From a virus, in the IMG/VR virus record IMGVR_UViG_3300045988_100686, positions 32,001-96,000 of that record: a stretch of DNA of 64,000 bases; one strand, 5' to 3'. The notes under the pieces were generated by a model, which was given only the letters and a program-made list of their open reading frames with translations, ran no database searches and was not told where the DNA came from. Position numbers and translations under genes: made by a program. Of the stretch, positions 19,001-27,299 are shown in pieces (the first letter of the stretch is position 1; each line of letters starts with the position of its first letter).

Positions 19001-19096
19001 GAGCATTACGATGAAGCACCTACAAATTCTATCCAACTTGATTCCGCTGTCATTCGGGATCAGCAGGAAGGCACTGAGAAAAACGACCTCTGGTAA
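16073..19096 (+). CDS. DNA primase-helicase (Zn-finger + TOPRIM + D5-like P-loop NTPase)
   Basis: CHC2-like Zn finger (CPFHNDKHQRS...WHCF), TOPRIM acidic motif (VMPDNDDAGMDYA), and a Walker-A-like segment (VVGLTGSFKTSYTG). The likely start is the ATG at 16073; the ORF track begins at a TTG at 16043. Confidence 0.75.
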   Translation: MLVEAFETAFPNHDFGWRQSGSSALGFCPFHNDKHQRSLSVYLNDMGEERWHCFAESIGGGLIEIIKRSGLPETSSTEGANYWLVQHGFIQETEQQVAASKRNRALREFLEWTNKLLMESEDAAGLRSYIASRHIDVRTIPMAPIGFYPTVSEVESWLSEHNYYELLEPELIPERRHEPLVTGSLLMFYRHSYEEFGRIKIRNVFKEKDGNKVTMFLGRKTSKKESAGYFSWNMHGSPSEDAILVEGEFDVGALTSMVYTYDDTAVEPIYCFSGGGNLNYGIGILTNMGKKNLYVMPDNDDAGMDYAYKLADAFPQTFIIVPHDYKEKDDPASWAADHTFDDLQAAYNARTPAFSWIGTRLADSAKDATIEEQSTIKTKLIKYAKKLRPIDRELFLKSYGAISGVSLPALIEEVEDSSEVRYRKVLNEMGYGIQMRVETKNSINWEQISNIIMETERDILLDAGDDDVERKIVLRVSLASRSERLELSPEEYADDKKLYSSVVTLLGSRVWVKPRCMSYMRESCNLLSRNHLQDIPEEMIYTHTGWRGDRYISPTGFINAEGFHKLNDIKVELPDNPAYMRNYYLDDPPADLEFVKNLIREEILKVFPYQVTLPYLAHIFWSPLAHFVPMAKPVCLWVVGLTGSFKTSYTGLMASFFGNFKTGDFETWRSTTNAIEKNGYFVKDMPYVVDDYKGVDINPKALTSCIQNYGDRHGRGRMRADLNIGKTWYIRGNMISTAEDIPQGEASVLSRILLLKIPGRGNSEHLTRAQANANLLPGLMSKYIQFLCQRKLREHDYELLLAERRSKYKAFHGRVSESLAANSIAWDAVAEFLGLEDLQSEYDFAIEEILHTMNMSTRDEQAGFVFISTLTELLQSGQCYLEGYNGMDDTEHPENAKRIGWITPSEVYLLGSLALAEVNKFRISVNGVGLKYSTSAIYDQLIHAGQVKPAKNGGPTNIVKINKQSVRVLKFRRGVLEHYDEAPTNSIQLDSAVIRDQQEGTEKNDLW

Positions 19097-21803
19097 CGGA
19101 GATGTTGAACCAGATTTAACACAACTTACCAGTGATGTGATTCCTGCTTTCCATTGCAATAAATGTACTCTGCATAATCAAAGTTCTCCATGCTTTACCT
19201 CTGATAGACTACTATTGACGGGTAAGCATAGAGAATCTGATACAGAACGAATTATTATGTTGATTACAGGTGCTCCAGTTTCTGACAACGCCCTGGTTTC
19301 TAAGGAAGCCAGGGACCTTATTAGGAGTTGGACGCGAGAACATATTACTGCTAACAAAGTGTATTTAACCTCAGTAGTAAAATGTCCGCATACTAAAGAC
19401 CCAACAAAGTTAATGATTCAGTGTTGTGAAGAAAGACTTCGGCAAGAACTTCTTAACATCCAGCCTGACGTCATTATTTGCATGGGAAAGGCAGCAGCAG
19501 TACCTTTCAATCTTGGCGGAAAGATGACAGAGCTGCTAAACAGAGTTATGACGGTAAAGCCTTTGACTTATTCATTCAGTGCTCCAGGTAAAGACACTAA
19601 ACGCATTGTAACTAGAGAAGCCAAAATTATAGTCACCTATGATCCTGTAAAGTTTGTGAGTGACATCAAGGTACGAAGTGCCGTGGAAGCTTGTTTCAGA
19701 CAGGCAGAAAGGCTATCACTAGGTGCTACAATTAAACCACCAGATAAATACTATCTCATTGAGTCCCCTAGAGAGTTTGAGGACTGGGTTGAAAGGCACC
19801 TCACAGATGAGCGACTAAATAAACGTGTACACGCGTTCGATATTGAGACAAATGGTCGTTCAATTCATCCAAAAACTGAATTTGATGCTCAATATCCTCC
19901 AAAGCTACGTTGTGTAAGCTTCTCTTGGGGACCAGGCATGGCTATTTGTGTACCTTATGAGAATGACCCAGCATATCATGTACCCCTAAAAAGATTTATG
20001 GAATCTGGTATTCAATTTACAGGGCATAACGTGGCATTCGATATTTTCTTTTTAAAACTTGTCAATGATATTCATACAAAGCACTTATCCGGAGATACGA
20101 TGCTTATGGCAGCGATGCTAAACCCTGGTAAAGGTAAGTATGGATATGGCTTAAAACCCTTAGCTGCAGAATGGACAGACCTTGGTGGCTACGAAACTGA
20201 TATGAAATCCACTCCAGATACTCTGGATGAACAGGGACGAATAACTGAGACCAAGTGGGAAAAAGTAGACATGGATGTTATGGCACCCTATAACTGTGCT
20301 GACGCTGATGCTACCTTGCAAATTTATCATATCTTTATGGGCTTCTTTAAAGAACGCAAAATGCTTCCCGCTCATTGGGTTATGACTCATGCATTGTTTC
20401 CGTTAGCAGAAATGGAGCACAATGGGTTCCTTGTTGACAGGAACTGGGTAGATACTAGCCGTAAAAAGATCGAAGACATTGTTGTACGGTATGAACAGCA
20501 ACTAAAAGAACTTTGCGGTGGTAAGGAGTACCTATGGTCATCTCCCGATGCTCTGAGTATGGTCATGTACGATGAGTTTAAGTACCCAGTTCCTAACCTA
20601 GATCCTTTCGCTGTCGGTAGATCTGATGAAGATGATTCCTCTGACTCAAGCAGACCTACAAATGATGCAGCTTTATCCATTATCAATACTCCGTTTACAC
20701 AGACGATTCGTAAATACCGTCGTGCAACAAAATTATTATCCACGTTTTTTAATGGATATCTTGTTCATACAGGATTAGACAATAGACTACGTGCAGACTT
20801 TAATCTTGTTGGTACGGTCACAGGAAGACTTTCGTCATCTGGGGATGCTAACCTTCAAAACATCCCGTCAGGTATGCCGTCTACAGCACCTGGTTATGAA
20901 GAACTCCATGAGTTCAAAGTTAAGAAAGCCTTTATTCCTCGCCCTGGGTGGAAGATAGTAAACGCAGACCAATCGCAGTTGGAACTTCGTATAGCTGGAG
21001 CTGTGTCTAACGAGGAACTGTTCATCAAGTCCTATAAAAACCAGATAGACATGCATTCACGTAATGCAAAAGTATCCTTTGGATTACAAGTAGATCAACG
21101 AGAATATGAAGCTGAAGCTTTAGCAAAAGGATTTCTACGTGGATCAGAGGACTTCAATGTTTACGTGGAACGTGCAGTATGTAAGTATATCAAAAAGCAC
21201 TACCCTGAAGAACGGCAAGCAGCAAAGACTGTATCCTTTGGTATTCTTTATGGAATGTCTAAATGGGGATTGGCACAGTCACTCAATGCTGATGGCCGTG
21301 ATGCAGGTAGTACACGTATTTGGACTCCAGATGAATGCCAGCAGTTAATTTCTAAGTTTAAGCTTGGATATCCAACTTTAACTCGTTGGCAAGCAGGGTT
21401 GATTCAGTTTGCACATAAAAACGGATATACGTATACGGTGTTTGGCCGTCGTCGTTACCTGCCTGATATAAATTCAGCAGATAGACAGCTAAAAGGCAGA
21501 GCAGAGCGTGCAGCTATTAATACACCAGTACAATCAGCAGGTTCTGATTTCATGATGTCTGGCGTATATCAGATGTATAAAGAACTGGATTATACTAAGT
21601 ATCGTTTCTGTGCTACTGTGCATGATTCCATAGTCTGTGAAGTTCAGGAAGACTATATTCCTGAGTTTTGTAAAATTTCTAAGCAATGCTTGGAGCATCC
21701 ACACATAGGTAATACTGAGATTCCACTGTGCAGTGTAATGCCGTTCATTGCAGAGTTTGAAGTTGGTAATTCTTATGGTACTATGGAAGGCTATGAAGTA
21801 TAA
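19011..21803 (+). CDS. family-A DNA polymerase with N-terminal UDG-family-4-like domain and 3'-5' exonuclease domain
   Basis: UDG4-like segment (CNKCTLH ... IMLITGAPVSD ... VKCPHTKDP). PolA motif A DQSQLELRIAGAVS, motif B RQAAKTVSFGILYGMS, and motif C VHDSIVCEV. The start is unclear; the ORF overlaps the primase gene by 85 nt with no SD. Confidence 0.85.
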   Translation: MKHLQILSNLIPLSFGISRKALRKTTSGNGDVEPDLTQLTSDVIPAFHCNKCTLHNQSSPCFTSDRLLLTGKHRESDTERIIMLITGAPVSDNALVSKEARDLIRSWTREHITANKVYLTSVVKCPHTKDPTKLMIQCCEERLRQELLNIQPDVIICMGKAAAVPFNLGGKMTELLNRVMTVKPLTYSFSAPGKDTKRIVTREAKIIVTYDPVKFVSDIKVRSAVEACFRQAERLSLGATIKPPDKYYLIESPREFEDWVERHLTDERLNKRVHAFDIETNGRSIHPKTEFDAQYPPKLRCVSFSWGPGMAICVPYENDPAYHVPLKRFMESGIQFTGHNVAFDIFFLKLVNDIHTKHLSGDTMLMAAMLNPGKGKYGYGLKPLAAEWTDLGGYETDMKSTPDTLDEQGRITETKWEKVDMDVMAPYNCADADATLQIYHIFMGFFKERKMLPAHWVMTHALFPLAEMEHNGFLVDRNWVDTSRKKIEDIVVRYEQQLKELCGGKEYLWSSPDALSMVMYDEFKYPVPNLDPFAVGRSDEDDSSDSSRPTNDAALSIINTPFTQTIRKYRRATKLLSTFFNGYLVHTGLDNRLRADFNLVGTVTGRLSSSGDANLQNIPSGMPSTAPGYEELHEFKVKKAFIPRPGWKIVNADQSQLELRIAGAVSNEELFIKSYKNQIDMHSRNAKVSFGLQVDQREYEAEALAKGFLRGSEDFNVYVERAVCKYIKKHYPEERQAAKTVSFGILYGMSKWGLAQSLNADGRDAGSTRIWTPDECQQLISKFKLGYPTLTRWQAGLIQFAHKNGYTYTVFGRRRYLPDINSADRQLKGRAERAAINTPVQSAGSDFMMSGVYQMYKELDYTKYRFCATVHDSIVCEVQEDYIPEFCKISKQCLEHPHIGNTEIPLCSVMPFIAEFEVGNSYGTMEGYEV

Positions 21804-21822
21804 AAGAAAGGAATGAGGAACA

Positions 21823-22551
21823 ATGGCTAACGAAATTCAAATATTTAGCAATGAAACATTTGGACAGTTAAGAACTATCAAGATAAACGGAGAGATATGG
21901 TTTGTAGCAAAAGATGTCTGTGATGCGTTAGAGATTAAAAATTCCAGGGATGCCTTAACAAGACTTGATGCTGATGAAAAGAATACCGTAGTTTTAACCG
22001 ACGGTATTGGAAATCCTAACAAATCCGTAGTAAATGAGTATGGACTATATACATTAGTGCTTTCAAGCCGTAAGCCTGAGGCAAAAACATTTAAACGTTG
22101 GGTTACTCATGATGTGTTGCCATCTATACGTAAAACTGGGCAATACAGTAATTTGCCTCAGGATTATTTAAGTGCACTGAAAGCACTTGTTGCTAGTGAA
22201 GAAGCTAAACAGAAAGCAGAGTTGGAACTCGCCATTGCACAGCCTAAAGCCAACTACACGGACAATGTTCTTTCCTCTGAAGGCTACATGACTGCGACCC
22301 AGATTGCTAAAGATTATGGAAAGTCTGCAAAGTGGTTAAACAAACTGCTTCATGTGGAAGAAATTCAGTATAAGAGTGGCAACCAATGGATTCTTTATGC
22401 TAAGTATGCTGACAAGGGATATACTGTGTCTGGTACTTGTGTTGTATGTGATAATTCCTACGTATCTACCTATTGGACTCAGGAGGGACGCAAGTTTATA
22501 TATGATCTTATTAAAGATAAATATGGTTTGACTCCGAGAAACGAGGAGTAA
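21823..22551 (+). CDS. Bro-N / KilA-C antirepressor-like protein (second paralog)
   Basis: Bro-N N-terminus IFSNETFGQLRTIKINGEIWFVAKDVCDAL, paralogous to the protein at 9792-10568. The C-terminal part resembles KilA-C/ORF6C. Confidence 0.75.
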   Translation: MANEIQIFSNETFGQLRTIKINGEIWFVAKDVCDALEIKNSRDALTRLDADEKNTVVLTDGIGNPNKSVVNEYGLYTLVLSSRKPEAKTFKRWVTHDVLPSIRKTGQYSNLPQDYLSALKALVASEEAKQKAELELAIAQPKANYTDNVLSSEGYMTATQIAKDYGKSAKWLNKLLHVEEIQYKSGNQWILYAKYADKGYTVSGTCVVCDNSYVSTYWTQEGRKFIYDLIKDKYGLTPRNEE

Positions 22552-22572
22552 GTAGTTTTGTCAGAGAGGCGT

Positions 22573-22606
22573 CATAACGGCGTCTCTCTTTTATTATAAG
22601 GAGGTA
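22573..22606 (+). terminator. Rho-independent terminator
   Basis: AGAGAGGCG-loop-CGTCTCTCT (one G-T pair) followed by TTTTATT. Confidence 0.5.
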
Positions 22607-22612
22607 ATTAAA

Positions 22613-22813
22613 ATGACATTTCAGTACAAACAAGTAACATTTTTAAACAAAAGAGACCCCCGGTTGAGCACAGCTGACCAAGTAATTAAGATCTCTAATG
22701 ATTTATATCTGGTAGCTTGCAATCATACTACTCCGTTATTACAGTCTGCAAGTGAAGTGTGCCAAATAGGTAAACTCCTTGGATTCCTTTCCAAAGGAAA
22801 TATTTCCAAATAG
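22613..22813 (+). CDS. hypothetical small protein
   Basis: SD AAGGAGGT upstream; 66 aa. Confidence 0.45.
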   Translation: MTFQYKQVTFLNKRDPRLSTADQVIKISNDLYLVACNHTTPLLQSASEVCQIGKLLGFLSKGNISK

Positions 22814-22854
22814 ATTCCTAAAATTGGTATAAGTATATAAAGGAGGTGACATTG

Positions 22855-23136
22855 ATGGTGCCTAAAAATTTAGATACTATGCGCAGAGAAACGGAGATTG
22901 GACTACACGATCCGCAGGAAATCCAAGATGAATTTATGGTATCTATGCAGAAGCTTACTACTATGCTCCTAGAAGTTAAAACACAGGAACTAGAAGATTC
23001 TCAGCGTACTCTACAAAAATTTAATAAAGATTTTTCACTCCTTCAAGCAATGGAGTACTGGGCATATCTTACTATAGCATTCATTTTGGGTGTTATATCA
23101 GGGATAGGGATTATAAAAACCGTTCTCGAAAAGTAG
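22855..23136 (+). CDS. small protein with C-terminal TM segment
   Basis: ATG at 22855 with AAGGAGG 8 nt upstream; the ORF track starts at a GTG at 22846. C-terminal TM segment YLTIAFILGVISGIGIIKTVL. Confidence 0.5.
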   Translation: MVPKNLDTMRRETEIGLHDPQEIQDEFMVSMQKLTTMLLEVKTQELEDSQRTLQKFNKDFSLLQAMEYWAYLTIAFILGVISGIGIIKTVLEK

Positions 23137-23163
23137 TTTAGGTTAAGGAGGTAGGTGAGTGAT

Positions 23164-23283
23164 ATGTGGGGAGATCCGGGCTTACTGTTGGTTATGCTAA
23201 GATACCTAAGAATTATGCTGTTATGCATGTGTCTATGTGTATTTATAATAATAGCATTTATCAACTATATTATTGCTAGTTAA
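23164..23283 (+). CDS. unlisted 39-aa hydrophobic peptide
   Basis: Strong SD TTAAGGAGGTAGG 7 nt before the ATG. Sequence MWGDPGLLLVMLRYLRIMLLCMCLCVFIIIAFINYIIAS. Below the ORF-track size cutoff. Confidence 0.3.
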   Translation: MWGDPGLLLVMLRYLRIMLLCMCLCVFIIIAFINYIIAS

Positions 23284-23297
23284 AGGAGGTGAGGTTA

Positions 23298-23819
23298 ATG
23301 AATATTGTAGAAGACGTACTTCAAAAGTTGGGTGTGAAAAAGAGAGAAATCTTTACAATTGATGAGTCACGAAGATTACTAATGATTGATACATTTGGAA
23401 CTATATGGACTCCAAAATGTCCAGACAACCCTACAGGTAATTGGGAGACGATTAGCATTGACGTATCAAAATTACTTAGTAGCACTGCATCCATAACGCA
23501 TATTCCTTGGTTGCCGCATACAGGTCAGCCATATTATGCGTTAGTGGATCAGGAGTCTGTGGAACCTGCAAGAACCTATGGTTTTGCGAATAAAACGTAC
23601 CTTTTAATACTTGAGTGTAGATACTGGAAAAATGACATTCTAGAAAGAGCACTGTATAGAATGAATATGGTCTTTCAAACATTTGAAGAGTGTAATGCAG
23701 CCAGGTCAGCATTAATTAAACGGTATCCCAATGTCTATGGCGTTGCAGAGGTGGATAAACGTGCAGATTGCATCGTTAGAGCTGTCCAGGGACACACAGA
23801 TTACATTAAAAAACTCTAA
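23298..23819 (+). CDS. hypothetical protein
   Basis: ATG at 23298 with AAAGGAGGTGAGG upstream; the ORF track starts at a GTG at 23289. Confidence 0.55.
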   Translation: MNIVEDVLQKLGVKKREIFTIDESRRLLMIDTFGTIWTPKCPDNPTGNWETISIDVSKLLSSTASITHIPWLPHTGQPYYALVDQESVEPARTYGFANKTYLLILECRYWKNDILERALYRMNMVFQTFEECNAARSALIKRYPNVYGVAEVDKRADCIVRAVQGHTDYIKKL

Positions 23820-23835
23820 GGGGTGGAGATAAATC

Positions 23836-25128
23836 ATGGAAATGCAAGTAGATATAATTAAAGACTTAAAAGAATACAATATTTATTTATTAAGGACTAC
23901 TGGGTCTAAGGATATGTTGAGCGTAGGGTTATCAAGGGCCAACATTACATACGCCATTTTAATTCACAGCATTTGTACAGCGCGAAATAAAGGAGAGACC
24001 TGGCAAATAACGTTAGATGACCTGGCTAAAACTTTTTGCATGGATAAAGTACAGTTGCGAAAATATGCAGTATACCTTGTAAAATTAGGTGTATTAGATG
24101 TTGTTGATAACAACACCTTTATGCCAAAAATGGGCAGTGCACCTGAACAACCATTGTTTATCCCAGTATATACACGCGGTGCCACATTAGAGGATAAAGA
24201 GCTTTGGAGTCCACGCACTCGTATGCTTAGGTCACCGAGGGATACAGCAAATCCTCCAAAGCTTCCCAATGGTGCTATAGGAGCATCCCCAGAGTTATTT
24301 AGTGGCGGGCATACGCTAATCGCTTACAACTACAGGGGATTAGTTAGCGGAACAAACGAGCCAATTAATATAATTGTAGCACACAGTAGTATAAATAGAT
24401 TCTCTGAAACTCTAAAGGCTGCCTGGTTTGCGTCAAACGGTGTAAAGCAAATACCAAATGGTTACGCAGTTTTAAAACAGGGATCGAATTTTTGGGACAT
24501 TGCTACACCTGATCATTTTAAGTCTAATGACTATTGTAAACCTGATTGTGCGCCTGTTCCCTTCTGGCAGGATATTAATGTTAATTTGTTCTTTGGAAAT
24601 ACTGCATCAGAATCCGCCAGAGGAGGATTATATCGTAAACTCCTGCTTCATACACAGGATGTTGTAAAAGACAATCCTCAGTTGCTCCCGTGGATTACTA
24701 ACGTAGGCGTAGGGAACTATATCGAGCTAGTAAAAGAAAGTGGACTTAAAGTTGCGAAAATGCAGCAAGAAGAACTAGTAAAAATGACTACACAGGGCAA
24801 ACGAACTAGTACTACTAGGTTGGTAGCTGAGGAAAAAATCAAGGTTGTTAAACATAATGAACAACACGTAGCTAATGAACAATACGTAGCTAATGAACAA
24901 CATGTAGCTAATGAACAACATGTAGTCAATGAACAACAAGTAGCTAGTGAGCAACGCTTTGAACCTCAGCCAGCACTTAGTATTCGTGGTAGACTTAATC
25001 TGTCATTCACATCTTCTCAGCTAATTCGCAGAGTATTCTCAAGCGACCTTGATGAGTCAACTCAAGATATCCTTGTGGAACACATTATCCAGGCACGTAT
25101 GTGGAAACACTATAATCGCATGAAATAA
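23836..25128 (+). CDS. hypothetical protein with wHTH-like N-terminus and C-proximal hexapeptide tandem repeats
   Basis: SD GGGGTGGAG upstream. Contains (Q/Y)HVANE repeated five times, encoded by an 18-bp tandem repeat. Confidence 0.55.
   Translation: MEMQVDIIKDLKEYNIYLLRTTGSKDMLSVGLSRANITYAILIHSICTARNKGETWQITLDDLAKTFCMDKVQLRKYAVYLVKLGVLDVVDNNTFMPKMGSAPEQPLFIPVYTRGATLEDKELWSPRTRMLRSPRDTANPPKLPNGAIGASPELFSGGHTLIAYNYRGLVSGTNEPINIIVAHSSINRFSETLKAAWFASNGVKQIPNGYAVLKQGSNFWDIATPDHFKSNDYCKPDCAPVPFWQDINVNLFFGNTASESARGGLYRKLLLHTQDVVKDNPQLLPWITNVGVGNYIELVKESGLKVAKMQQEELVKMTTQGKRTSTTRLVAEEKIKVVKHNEQHVANEQYVANEQHVANEQHVVNEQQVASEQRFEPQPALSIRGRLNLSFTSSQLIRRVFSSDLDESTQDILVEHIIQARMWKHYNRMK
24857..24958 (+). 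repeat. 18-bp tandem repeat x5-6 (AATGAACAACAYGTAGCT)
   Basis: Direct reading shows near-perfect units from 24857, encoding NEQHVA repeats. Confidence 0.8.
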
Positions 25129-25133
25129 CAAAA

Positions 25134-25184
25134 AGCCCCGAGACGTAGTGAAAACTACGTTCTCAGGGCTTCTCTTTTTTTTTT
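25134..25184. terminator. bidirectional Rho-independent terminator between convergent modules
   Basis: AGCCCCGAGACGTAGT-gaaa-ACTACGTTCTCAGGGCT stem, with an A-run on the 5' side and a T9 run on the 3' side. Confidence 0.6.
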
Positions 25185-25455
25185 AGCCAACTGTTGTGCG
25201 GTTATTAGCTGCAATTACTGACGCACCACAGCTTACTGGAGCTCCATTTCCAGCTACAGCTTGCCCACTTACAGTTGTTCTCCCTGTGGCAGCGTGACCA
25301 GTAATTAATTTGCCATTATGTCCAGGTATTGGGTCCGGTGATACTGAAGAACCAACGTGTGCTACATTGCTACCAGCTACAGTCGTCCTAGTGGATCCGG
25401 AGGTTACAGAGCCACCGTGTGAATCAGCGTCCCCTACTACACATACAGCACCCAT
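25183..25455 (-). CDS. PAAR-like spike-tip protein
   Basis: 90 aa, Gly/Ser/Thr/Val-rich with a pattern like GDADSHGGSVTSGS...VAHVGSSVSP. SD AAAGGAG upstream on the minus strand. Confidence 0.55.
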   Translation of the reverse strand: MGAVCVVGDADSHGGSVTSGSTRTTVAGSNVAHVGSSVSPDPIPGHNGKLITGHAATGRTTVSGQAVAGNGAPVSCGASVIAANNRTTVG

Positions 25456-25472
25456 AGTCCTACTCCTTTCTT

Positions 25473-26249
25473 TTATGGAAGTTTAACACTAGAAACGTTT
25501 AAACAGTCAAAGTTGTCTGCGTTAAAGGTAATATTTGTTCCGTTAAGAGTAACATTTTTAGCAGTAATCGTTGTATTTCTATCAGCGTCTACATGTAAAA
25601 ATTCTACTCCATTGATATTTAGTTGAATAACGTCAGCATCTTTACCTATGTTTAGATTAACTACTGAAGTTCCTGTACGCTCCCCTACCGTCCTGCGTAC
25701 ATTGATAGTAGTGTTTGTATTATCTGATGTATCTACTTCACAGAATATGTCTGCAGGACCAGATCGTAGTCTGAAAATGCTACACCAGTTTTCCCAAATA
25801 CAGTTTAACATGTTCCATATTGAAGCTAGCTTTCCAGGGGACATGACAATCTTTTTCATATTATCTGTAAACGTTTCTTCTGCACCCATGGATGTTGTAG
25901 CTGAAGTATTTCCAGGCAACGTTCCGCTATTTCTCATCGTAGACGGACCTCGATTAATCGTAGCATTCGTAGGAGATAATACTTGACCATTCGTGTCTGC
26001 ATTTACATTTATTGGAGAGAACGTACCTAGAATAAATGTTTCTTCTCCAGCCTGCGTAAACAAACATGGAGCATTAATGCTCGGTGGAGTTACTGCGTAA
26101 GCACCATTTCGTGGATCATATCTTGAGAATTGACATACAACATTCTGCAGTATTCCACTCCCATCATATGGAACTACTGTAGCTGTCATGGTGTTTGGGT
26201 CATACGCAGTGACTATGCCACGGCGTATTAATCCAGGATGATTAGCCAT
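25473..26249 (-). CDS. baseplate central spike (gpV/gp5-like OB-fold N-terminus + beta-helical C-terminus)
   Basis: N-terminus RRGIVTAYDPNTMTATVVPYDG...VCQFSRY is gpV-like. The C-terminus carries N-x-T-rich repeats. It lies immediately upstream of PAAR. Confidence 0.5.
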   Translation of the reverse strand: MANHPGLIRRGIVTAYDPNTMTATVVPYDGSGILQNVVCQFSRYDPRNGAYAVTPPSINAPCLFTQAGEETFILGTFSPINVNADTNGQVLSPTNATINRGPSTMRNSGTLPGNTSATTSMGAEETFTDNMKKIVMSPGKLASIWNMLNCIWENWCSIFRLRSGPADIFCEVDTSDNTNTTINVRRTVGERTGTSVVNLNIGKDADVIQLNINGVEFLHVDADRNTTITAKNVTLNGTNITFNADNFDCLNVSSVKLP

Positions 26250-26264
26250 TTTTAACCTTCTTTC

Positions 26265-27293
26265 TTACAACTTCCATAGGTTATCATTATTAAATTTCAA
26301 CCCAGAACTACTACTACTAGAAGTATTGGAGCTGTCGATATAATCATTCAAGCCTCTGTCAAGTGCATCACCTGTTGATAATGAGCTTTTGACGCCTGCA
26401 GTTGACACATCTTTAACTGCAGAGGATATTGCCTTATCTAACCCGTTGCCAGAAGAAGACGATTGGACGGAGTCCTGTGCAGCTACTGTTTCTGCTGTTC
26501 CCGCAGTCAACTCTCCAACGCCAATACATCTACCATAAACAATTCCTACGTTGTCAAGTATTTGATAACTACCAGCATTTAATCCCATAGATACAGAAGT
26601 GATTGCACAGCGTTCAAAGTATAACGTACTTATAGATTGCTCCCTACTGGGGGTAAGGAACATTGCCATTATTCCAAATAGCGGTTTCATTGTGAGCGAT
26701 TGAGTAGAATAATTCCAGTTAGGTAGGATGTGCAATCTATTAGTAAGACTGGAGTACGTTCCACACAGTCTACCCATAGTCATTGATCCAGCCTGGGACT
26801 TTCCAGGGATAACAATATTCTCCTCGCAGCGCAGTTCCTTAAATGTTGTTACATTAATACTGCTAGAAAATTGCCAATTCTGGCACAAACCTATAGGTAC
26901 TAACTCTGCTCCTGTGTTCAAATTGGAGTATAACGGCTCACCTGCAAATAGTAGGACAGAGTCTGCAGTGGCGAAGTTCTCGGGGGTAGTTTCCATTTCC
27001 ACCCATTTGAAAGACCCCGTGTTAGCATCTCCACTAGATGTTTGAGTATGAGCGGCTTCACCAGCAACAGAGGAGTTTGTCAGTCCTAAGATGTTAAGAA
27101 TGTTGGTAACATTATCTCCAACACGTAACATTCTATTAAGTTGTAACGGTACCTTGGGTAGCTTTACTAATCCTAGTGTTGCACTGCTAATACCATTACG
27201 TAAACCGTTATAACTATTTTTTAGCGCGGTAGTATCATTAACTACTGTTTGCGCACCATTAAGAAAAGTGAGTGCTTGTGAAGCCCAATTCAT
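26265..27293 (-). CDS. baseplate/tail hypothetical protein
   Basis: 342 aa with a Ser-rich stretch, in the tail module. Confidence 0.5.
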   Translation of the reverse strand: MNWASQALTFLNGAQTVVNDTTALKNSYNGLRNGISSATLGLVKLPKVPLQLNRMLRVGDNVTNILNILGLTNSSVAGEAAHTQTSSGDANTGSFKWVEMETTPENFATADSVLLFAGEPLYSNLNTGAELVPIGLCQNWQFSSSINVTTFKELRCEENIVIPGKSQAGSMTMGRLCGTYSSLTNRLHILPNWNYSTQSLTMKPLFGIMAMFLTPSREQSISTLYFERCAITSVSMGLNAGSYQILDNVGIVYGRCIGVGELTAGTAETVAAQDSVQSSSSGNGLDKAISSAVKDVSTAGVKSSLSTGDALDRGLNDYIDSSNTSSSSSSGLKFNNDNLWKL

Positions 27294-27299
27294 AGTCGG

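Noticed and set aside
19094-19110. ATG at 19102 as the polymerase start
   Set aside because: It is out of frame with the polymerase ORF (frame offset +1) and immediately follows the primase stop with no usable spacer. It is kept only as part of the start-site puzzle.
22573-22606. Terminator hairpin initially read as a direct repeat (GGCGTC ... GGCGTC)
   Set aside because: On re-reading, the arms AGAGAGGCG and CGTCTCTCT are inverted complements with one G-T pair, so this is a hairpin terminator and not a direct repeat.
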